In this document: piece by piece, positions 56,011 through 64,000 of the stretch
How positions within the stretch are numbered: position 1 is the stretch's first letter
Layout: every line of letters starts with the position of its first letter
Assembly (NCBI GenBank): GCA_047495785.1
Contig: JBLDXI010000023.1
Coordinates: 744,001-808,000 of the forward strand
DNA: 64,000 nt
Reading direction: 5' to 3'
Source of the DNA: Lepidodermella squamata
Taxonomy: Eukaryota; Animalia; Gastrotricha
Translations under genes and position numbers: made by a program
The notes under the pieces: generated by a model
What the model saw: only the letters and a program-made list of their open reading frames with translations
What the model was told of the DNA's origin: nothing
The model's database searches: none

Positions 56011-56450
56011 ATAATTCATCTTGCACATTTTCGAGCACCATCATCATTCAGCCATGCTGGGTACACCGGAGTGACTTTTATTTCGTTATCTGTACAGGTA
56101 TTTTGTCTTTTTGTTCTAAAATCTTGAAACGAAATAAAGAAGATGTTCGGCTCAGAGCCTCGCCGCTCGGAACACATCAAGTCCCCTACAGTGTCTCAGA
56201 GGTAACCTCAAACTCTTGCGGGAACTGCGGCAACGAGGCTGACAGTGACAGCGAGTTCGAGCTTTGTAGCGACGAAGATGATATTTCTGCTGATGATGAT
56301 TAATGTGTTGAGGTGAATATGTGGCGTTAGGAATAAATTAATATCCTGCCTTGAATAAAAGCCCCCTCAAATAATAGCCCGATTTTTTTGACCATTTTTC
56401 GAGTTCGGGACAAAATAATATCCCCGGATACTATTAAATAAAATACGGTA
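56010..56450 (+). mobile_element. Right end of a pogo/Tc1-type DNA transposon abutting the truncated L10
   Basis: Acidic ORF tail DSDSEFELCSDEDDISADDD*, then AATA..GCCC subterminal repeats and a ...AAATACGG|TA terminus like the 18099 and 62694 elements. Confidence 0.55.
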
Positions 56451-56459
56451 AGTTTTGTA

Positions 56460-57368
56460 AAACAGAAAACGGAATCCAGAATCACAAAGATTGCCAACAT
56501 AACGGTGCAAGCAAAGCATGACCTGTCAAGCATTTCTGGAGGAATGAAAAGAGCCCTAAGCGTTAGCAAACTCAGAATAAAGCCAGGACCGAAACAATTC
56601 AATAGGCAATAATCAGCCTTTCGCTTGAATTTCAGGTAGAATGATACTTGAATAATCGCCGAAGCCCAACGCGGAGGCATTGTACAAAGCTGTCCACCTT
56701 TCCATTAGCCGCCAATTCGAATTTTTAGGCATGAAGGTGTTAGAGAATGCTGCCCAGTACTCAGCTGATCCGAAGAAAATTCTGCTTGGATGTTGACTTG
56801 TAGCAATTGATATGGCACAGGTCTGCTCGTCGAATGGGAATTTCCAGAAGTTCATATCGCAGTACGTTGCGAACGTTCCCATTAACATGGATTGAAAAAC
56901 GCCCATAGGTGGTTTGATGTTTGATTGAGAAAAATTTCTCGTGGTCCGACGAATCGTCCAAAGCTGATCCCTGAATGCTGTTCCGAAGAGCAACACTAGG
57001 GCGCCAGTACAACTTTGGGTCTTCATGTTCAAGATCGGATATTTTGTTGGCTGGCCACCAATTCGAAGATGCGTTGTAGACTTCAGCAACACATGGGACT
57101 TGCCATTCCAGGGTAACAACGCCAATGAAGCTAAAATATTCGCCAACATCGTTGATCTCAAGGAATCTATCCAACTGTAGCCAGAATTTAATATTGGTCG
57201 GGATATTATCGAGCTCTTGCGGAGAATTTACTGCTGGGCCTATTCGACAACTCTGAAGCAGAGTTTCGGTAAAGTTTGAGGGTGAAATCGCTAATGCACC
57301 CCGGATAGGTTGGCCATGCTGAACACAAGCGTGAGACGATGAACAATAGAAAAGCGTTTCTTTGTCAT
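56460..57368 (-). pseudogene. Cys-loop LGIC pseudogene L10 (multiple frameshifts, truncated after M2)
   Basis: Fragments in three frames: DRFLEINDVGEY, CDMNFWKFPFDEQTC, FKRKADYCLLN, LDRSCFACTVML. M3 and M4 are missing. Confidence 0.9.
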
Positions 57369-58327
57369 TTTATTGTGTTCTACCAAAAGCAACTACGAAT
57401 TTAAATCGGTATTCTCCTGTCGTTTGGAAAAGGTTGTATTAGCGATAGTTTTCGATGTTCCGGAAGTTTACCCATGTTACGAGTTTACGAGGCAGATCCA
57501 CTGGCTTTATAGACTACATAGCGCAGTACTTATAATTGATCAATATTCAAGCAAAAACTGGCAAATATTAAAGCTATTTCGGTCAAATTTTTCGAAGGGC
57601 TTGAATGAATCGGTCATTCGAAAATTCGAAATTTTCATCCAATGGCCAGAAAACAGTAACTGGAACAGTAACTTTGGAAATTTAAAATGTTTGCTAAGCA
57701 GTTCGGTAAATTTGGCAAATTATTCTACAACTGCTGGCAGAATACTACTTCCAGATGTTGCTTATTTCAGTGCTATCATTCAGTGACCAACCGAAAAGCA
57801 GTCCCGGAACCCGTGTAAATGGGTTAAACGTGCTGGAAGACCAAACTCTAAAATCAGCCAAACAGACTCGATACAGCGCCGTAGATCGTAGATGACCGGT
57901 CGTACCGGCGCCGTAGCAACGCCGTAGTTTGAGGAAATTGCAGAAAAATGCGAGGGCTATCATTTTGAGCTGATTAGATGCTGAAATTGTCATTCATCAG
58001 TTAAATTCAATTTCATACAAAAAACAGCGGATCTCTGGAAATTCATTTCAAGGGTACTTGATTTTTTGGCTTTTTTCACGCATTCATCAAGATAGTTTTA
58101 TTTATTACTGGTTCTCTGTGTTCACTGTGTGGAAACTTGTTTTACGAAAAACTATAATAAATAAATTAACGTTTCACAAATCAGAAAACATCAGTTGACA
58201 ACTCCGAAATACTCATTCATAGGTTTGACGACATTTTCATATGTAAGAATGTTTACTGTGGTTAATGTACGGCATGGTAATAATTGCCGAACTTGAAGAA
58301 TTGTCTGACTTATCCACAATCCCCAAT

Positions 58328-59484
58328 TCAATCTTGCTGCTGAAAAAGCCCAATACTAACAACATTCAGTACTATTTGTGTGGTGATGGAACCGATTGCG
58401 AATATGATTTCAACGGTTGTTTGCAAGGTTATTTTTGCACCGAAGAAGCATCGATTCATCCTTACGCTAAAGTTATTGGCTAAAAAGCAGATTAAAGCAG
58501 AATAAAGAACAATGCACATTCCGAACACAGTTTGGCAAAAAACGTAATATGAGGCGAGTACCTTGCTTGGAGTTTTAGGTAAATTCTGTAGAACTGAATC
58601 CTGAATCACAAAAATCGCCAACATAACGGTGCACGCGAAGCATGACCTATCAGGCATCTCTGGTGGGATAAGAAGGGCACTGAGGGTTAGTAAGCTCAGA
58701 ATAAGACCCGGACCGAAGCAGTTCAATAGGTAATAGTCAGCCTTTCGCTTGAATTTCAGATGAAATGAGACTTGAACGATTGACGGGTCATTTTTCACTA
58801 TTTCTCCGAAGCCCAGAGCAGTGCCATTGTACGAAGCAGTCCACCTTTCGGTCAGCTGCCAATTTGAGTTTTGAGGCATGAAGACGGTAGTCAATGCTGC
58901 ACCATATTTAGCTGATCCAAACGCTATTTCGTCCGGGGTTTGATTTGTTATAAATATCACAGCACAACTTTGCTCGTCAAATGGGAATTTCCAGAAGTTC
59001 AAATCGCAGTACGTTGCGAACGTTCCCAGGAAAAAGTATTGAAAAAGACCTGTTGTGGCGAATAGAACAATTTCCCGAGGTCCGCCGAATCCTCCAAAGT
59101 CGATCCTCGAATATTGTTCCGCAACGTAATGCTGGGCCGCCAGTACAAATTTAGGTCTTCGTGGTGAAGAACGGATATTTGCGACGGCCACCATTTTGAA
59201 GATGCGCTGTACACCTCCGCAACACATGGGACGTGCCATTCTAGGATAACAATGCCATTGAAGCTAAAATGTTCGCCTACGTCATCGATCTCGAGGAATC
59301 TATCCAACTGGAGTGTTATGTTGATTTTGGTCGGAATACTTTCAAGCTCTTGCGGAGAATTCACTCCTGGGCCTATTCGGCAATTCTGTAGCAGAGTATC
59401 GGTAAAGTTTGATGGTGAAATCGCTCTTGAACCTCCCAATAGGCAGATAGCCATCATGGTTGCAAGCATGAGATTCCAAGTCAT
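58328..59484 (-). pseudogene. Intronless Cys-loop LGIC L11, single frameshift
   Basis: TTCTATTCGCC versus L7 TTCTATGTATTCGCG: 4-nt deletion near 59062. Otherwise a full-length close paralog of L7. Confidence 0.85.
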
Positions 59485-59932
59485 TTCGTTAATCCAAATG
59501 TTGGAACTGATAATCACTAGCTAGAGGTCAAATTTTCTGACTAAATCAAACCTCCAGAATTTTCCAGATTCTACTTGAAAAAGCATTAATATAACTCCAA
59601 AATCGATTGCTCCCTTAACTGTTCAAATAATCAAAATTTTACGGAAAGTGGAAAGTTATCGAGCTAAAGGGGAACCCTGAATAGTTGGCTTTTTAGATTC
59701 AGGAAATTAAAACCCTTTGCAAGTGTGAGCTCACCGGCTTTTCCGTTCCACGGCATAGATGTCAAACTCGGATGAGTAAAACTTATCTGAGCGAAAGCCT
59801 GTCATTGCAATGTGCAGGATTCTGGAACGATTGATTGGTAATTCAATTGTACTATGCATGACCCAGGCATGAAACATCTTGGCCATGTAACGTGTAGAAA
59901 CCTTTTAGGGTCGATGTATAAATAACCTGTCG

Positions 59933-60701
59933 CATGAGACGTAGCTAGGACGCCGAAGCTTGAATCCCGCCATACAAAGTGACGTGTTGGCGTTATGCAT
60001 GCTTGAATATTCTGAATAATTTGCCTTTTGTAAAAATTAAATTTTCAGGGTTTAATAAAAATAATTATTTTATTAATCCCTGAAATTTAAAAAATATTAA
60101 TTTGAAAATTCAAAAGGTTTAAAATCGTAGGCGTCGATGGTTACAAAGCTAGAATCAGGTTCCAATAGTACATCTATTGATTTTAGTTTCATGCATTATT
60201 AATAGATAATTTTGAAAATTATTGGCTCGAAGCAGGTGTTGATATCATTTTTTACAATGTGTTGCATTGTAATTAATTATCGATTGATCGCGCCCGGATC
60301 AAGGGCACTTTTAACCTTATTTTGGACAACATGAAATAAGGATTAAAAGAGCGCGAAAATTTAATGAGGTGATTCATCTCATTATTTCCAAAAAGTGACC
60401 TTCATCTTAGTCTGGATATGCAGTGTCAAAGTCCAACTACTTGTTGCTGGGTCGGTCGCGATAGTGGGGCTGGTCGGGTTGGTGGGTGTGATTTTTTTTC
60501 ACACTATGTTAATCAATTGATAGAATCGCGTGCTGCCAAGCCCCCTTCATCCCATTAATGCTATCATATCGACCATCAGAGCAACACGTAGTTGGACTTT
60601 GACTCCGCAAAATCCGGCCTAAGATGTTTGACCCTAATTATTTCTGACAACACTTTTTTCTCGTAAACAACCCAGCTGCGGCGTCCTAGCTACGTCTCAT
60701 G
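59933..60701. mobile_element. MITE, CATG-terminal family (long variant)
   Basis: TIR CATGAGACGTAGCTAGGACGCCG(A/C)AGCT; exact 8-bp TSD ACCTGTCG. Confidence 0.92.
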
Positions 60702-61129
60702 ACCTGTCGTGCTCTCCTCTCCTCTTCACTAGGTCTTCATATGAAATCTGTAACGTTCAAATTTGAAGTCGTTCAGGGTCGCAGGTCGCGTCAAGCGTCA
60801 TTTGTCGTTTGTCGAGCAATGTAGCAGTCGATCGATAGTATACTACTAACAATCGTAATAAAAATCGCCGCTATGATTCTGACAACTGCTATAATGTTGG
60901 CGATTCGGATGCGGGAAATCGCAGGGAGATTCTGGAAATGTGAAGCTATGAAAGCACAAACAAATAAAATAATAAAAAGCATGCTCAACCGTGGTAGATC
61001 GCGGAATTGGTTTTATTCATGGATTTAAATCAACCACATTTCTACAGATTATATTTGTCGATTTTCTAAATATCGAAACTCTCAAGCGATCAACCAGTTC
61101 ACTATACCAAAGTTAGAATGAGTATCAGA

Positions 61130-61422
61130 CAGGGGCGTAACCAGGAACGTTTTAGGTAGTTGTTGTGTTTCTGAGAGGGAAATCTTCTTTATTCTCAAAA
61201 CCCAAGGTATAAACCTGCCGATTTTCGATAGGAGATCATCGATTCAGGAGTTTTCGCTATCGAGTTTTCGAGCGAAGCGATAACACTTTTGGCAATTTCG
61301 CAATCCTTTCCTCCACATCATAAGCAATTTGAGACTTTTTTTTATAGAAAATAGGCCGAAAAGGGGTTTTAGATTGTTCATTTCTGTAGCTGTTTGAGCA
61401 ACCAAAACTGGCTACGTCACGG
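61130..61422. mobile_element. Degenerate hAT-like MITE
   Basis: CAGGGGCGTAACCAG ... CTGGCTACGTCACGG; imperfect TSD GTATCAGA/GTACCAGG. Confidence 0.6.
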
Positions 61423-61484
61423 GTACCAGGTACCAGAATTTCGATAGGACTTATCTATAAGCAAATGTATACATATGAACATAT

Positions 61485-62639
61485 TCAATCTTGACGATAA
61501 ATTCCTAGAGTCACAATATTCAAGAGTAGTTGTGAGAGAACGAAGGTGGAGGCGAATATAATTTCCACGGTAGTTTGCAACGTGATTTTGGTTCCGAAAA
61601 AGCATCGATTCATTCTAGCGCTGTAAATGTTCACCAAGAAGCAGATTAACGTCGAATAAATAACAATACACATGCCGAAAAAAGTTTGACAAAACACGTA
61701 ATATGAAGCTATAATCCTGCTTGGAGTTTTTGGCAAGTTTTGTAGAACTGAATCCTGAACCACAAAGAATGCCACCATAACGGTACAAGCATAGCAGGAC
61801 CTGTCCGGCATTTCTGGGGGGATGAAAAGAGCGCTCAATAATAGCAAACTCAGGATGAGACCAGGCCCAAGGCAGTTCAATAGGTAATAATCAGCTTGTC
61901 TCCTGAATGTCAGGTGAAATGAGACTTGCATGATATATGGGTACTCGCCGAAGCCCAAAACGGAGGCATTGTACAATGCCGTCGATTTTTCAACCAGCTG
62001 CCACTTAGAATTATGAGGCATGAAGGTTTTAGAGGATACGGGCCAGTACTCAGCAGATCCGAATACTATTTTGTCTGGCGATTGATTTATAATAATTGAT
62101 ACAGCACAACTTTGCTCGTCAAATGGGAATTTCCAGAAGTTCAAATCGCAGTACGTTGCGAATGTTCCCATGAACATGGATTGAAACAGACCCGTAGGTG
62201 GTTTAATATAGAAAAATCTTGCGTGATCCGACGAGCCGTCCAAAGCTGATCCCTGAATGCTGTTTCTCAGGGAAACGCTGGGATGCCAGTATAAATTGGG
62301 GTCTTCATGATATAGTTCGGATATTTGGGCTGGCCACCATGGTGACGATGCGTTGTAGACCTCTGCAACACAGGGGACTTGCCACTCCAAAACAACAACA
62401 CCGATTAGACTGAGATACTCGCCGAGATCGTCGATTTCGAGGAATCTATCCAACTCGAGATAGGCTTTGATTTCGGTGGGGATGTTTTCGAGCTCTTGCG
62501 GAGAATTCACTCCTGGGCCTATTCGACAACTTTCAAGCAGAGTTTCGGTGAAGTTTGATGGCGACATCGCTCGTGCAATTCCGGATAGGCAGATAACCAA
62601 CGTTAGATTTTGAACAACGAAAGAGCGATTCCTTGCCAT
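61485..62639 (-). CDS. Intronless Cys-loop LGIC L12 (384 aa)
   Basis: CDLNFWKFPFDEQSC; FRRQADYYLLN; PDRSCYACTVMV. Confidence 0.93.
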   Translation of the reverse strand: MARNRSFVVQNLTLVICLSGIARAMSPSNFTETLLESCRIGPGVNSPQELENIPTEIKAYLELDRFLEIDDLGEYLSLIGVVVLEWQVPCVAEVYNASSPWWPAQISELYHEDPNLYWHPSVSLRNSIQGSALDGSSDHARFFYIKPPTGLFQSMFMGTFATYCDLNFWKFPFDEQSCAVSIIINQSPDKIVFGSAEYWPVSSKTFMPHNSKWQLVEKSTALYNASVLGFGEYPYIMQVSFHLTFRRQADYYLLNCLGPGLILSLLLLSALFIPPEMPDRSCYACTVMVAFFVVQDSVLQNLPKTPSRIIASYYVFCQTFFGMCIVIYSTLICFLVNIYSARMNRCFFGTKITLQTTVEIIFASTFVLSQLLLNIVTLGIYRQD

Positions 62640-62693
62640 TTTGTTAGTGTTGACTTGTTAGTTTTCGAACCGGAAACCACTATAACAGGGATA

Positions 62694-62880
62694 CCGTAAT
62701 GATGCAAATACTGACCCGTTTAGTAACCCACCTCATTTATTAACCCAGGCAAATTGATGAGCCAGATACATAACCCTACCCTCATTTAATAACCCGGGTT
62801 AAAGCTTAAGGGTTAATAATCCGTATGAGTTAATAATCGCAGTTAATAAAAAGCCCGGGTTAGTATTTGCAGCAATACGG
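62694..62880. mobile_element. Tc1/mariner-pogo-type MITE about 55 bp upstream of L12
   Basis: TA|CCGTAATGATGCAAATACTGACCCG ... CGGGTTAGTATTTGCAGCAATACGG|TA. Confidence 0.8.
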
Positions 62881-63029
62881 TAAATGTTTTAGAGTTTATG
62901 AGGTTCAAAATATTCCTGAAGAAACTCGAAAGCTCAAAACTCAAATCTAATGTCTACTTAGAGAGATGCTGGAATGTAAACTTTAACTAATGACAATATA
63001 TTATCTACGCGAGTATGTCGTCGGTGGAT

Positions 63030-63634
63030 CAGTGCTTTGGATTTGATTCGATTTTATTTAGATCCTATTTTCACTGATTTAGATTTAAATGATTGACTGA
63101 TTTTGACTTCCGTTAGGAATGCAATAGGAACGATATAGAAATATCGGATACCGCTAAACTAAGATCTTTCCGTCTTTTCTTCCGATAGGAATTTGCTAAA
63201 TAGAGGGGCGATAGAGGCATTGCATGAATTTTCAAAAACCCCAGATTTGAGAAAATCCTGATTTTTCGGGATTCCTTGGGATTTATCGGTGTCAATGGTT
63301 TGATTTGATTGATTTAGTTCTGTAAAAATGGGAAATTGGTTGATTTTGATCGATTCAAGGAGGTCAGTGATTTAAGCCGTAAATCAAATCAAATCTGACG
63401 TTCTGGGTTTTGGACAAGGGATATTAATAAGCCTGAAGGCTGAACAGCCATCGATATCCGATATCACCCGTTCATGGGTGCTATCTGGCGATAAATACCA
63501 GCAGATCAAAACGAATCCCTCACGGTGAATCAAAATCAATCAAATCAAAAGGGCATCCCGCGTAAATCAATTATTATAAATCTAAATCAGCAAAATTAGG
63601 GCCTAAATCAAATCAAATCAAATCCAAAGCACTG
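63030..63634. mobile_element. Composite copies of the (GATTT)n MITE family seen at 5505-5917
   Basis: CAGTGCTTTGGATTTG at 63030 and its complement ending at 63634; 63030-63405 aligns with 5505-5917. No TSD. Confidence 0.75.
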
Positions 63635-64000
63635 AATCCTACTTTATTTGTAAAACACACTTATCGAACATGAAATAAGGCGTAATAGTAAGAAAACTTG
63701 AAGATTCCATTGCTTTCTAGCGCATTTTAATTGTGTCTGCCGTCATATAGCTTTATCATACATTGTATTGTCTCGGTCGCCAATGAGACAAATATCGACC
63801 GTACTTTCAAACGCGACAGTCAACTATTGAAATCACGAGACTTTCTGTAAAGCATGTAAAATACAAAATTAGATGTTATATATTTACTCATGTGCATTTT
63901 TCTTTTTAATGGTTGCTTCGGTTTACACTAAGCCGTTTTTCTTGACAGCAGTAGATCTACCTCAAAGTGTATGTCAGCGGCGCGAAATTCAATATCCTCT

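Noticed and set aside
44760-59524. Recurrent antisense ORFs (44760, 48168, 54005, 59252)
   Set aside because: They are shadows of the conserved LGIC coding strand.
21881-62639. Assigning gene symbols such as GABBR1/2 or CHRNA
   Set aside because: The sequences are too divergent and lack diagnostic residues; orthology cannot be established by eye.

Overview
This is eukaryotic (invertebrate animal-type) genomic DNA with compact GT-AG introns of about 45-180 nt; I cannot name the species from the sequence. There are three gene groups. (1) Three multi-exon secreted 'double' trypsin-fold genes, each with a catalytically dead N-terminal domain and a second protease domain, plus three degenerate fragments of such genes. 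(2) Two intronless, highly divergent class C GPCRs with GABA-B-like architecture. (3) A tandem array of 12 divergent Cys-loop (pentameric ligand-gated ion channel) subunit genes from 27 to 63 kb: 9 intact and 3 frameshifted, 4 with two introns and 8 intronless. They lack the canonical agonist-site motifs and look like a birth-and-death sensory-receptor expansion. Also present are a duplicated orphan 2-TM gene, a spliced orphan gene, a non-autonomous LTR element with a nested pogo-like element, LINE fragments, many MITEs with TSDs, and a fold-back carrying Penelope-type minimal hammerhead ribozymes. A Mutator-like fold-back sits inside a protease exon, and its ends appear to create an in-frame spliceable intron. 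All alignments were done by eye; no database searches were run.
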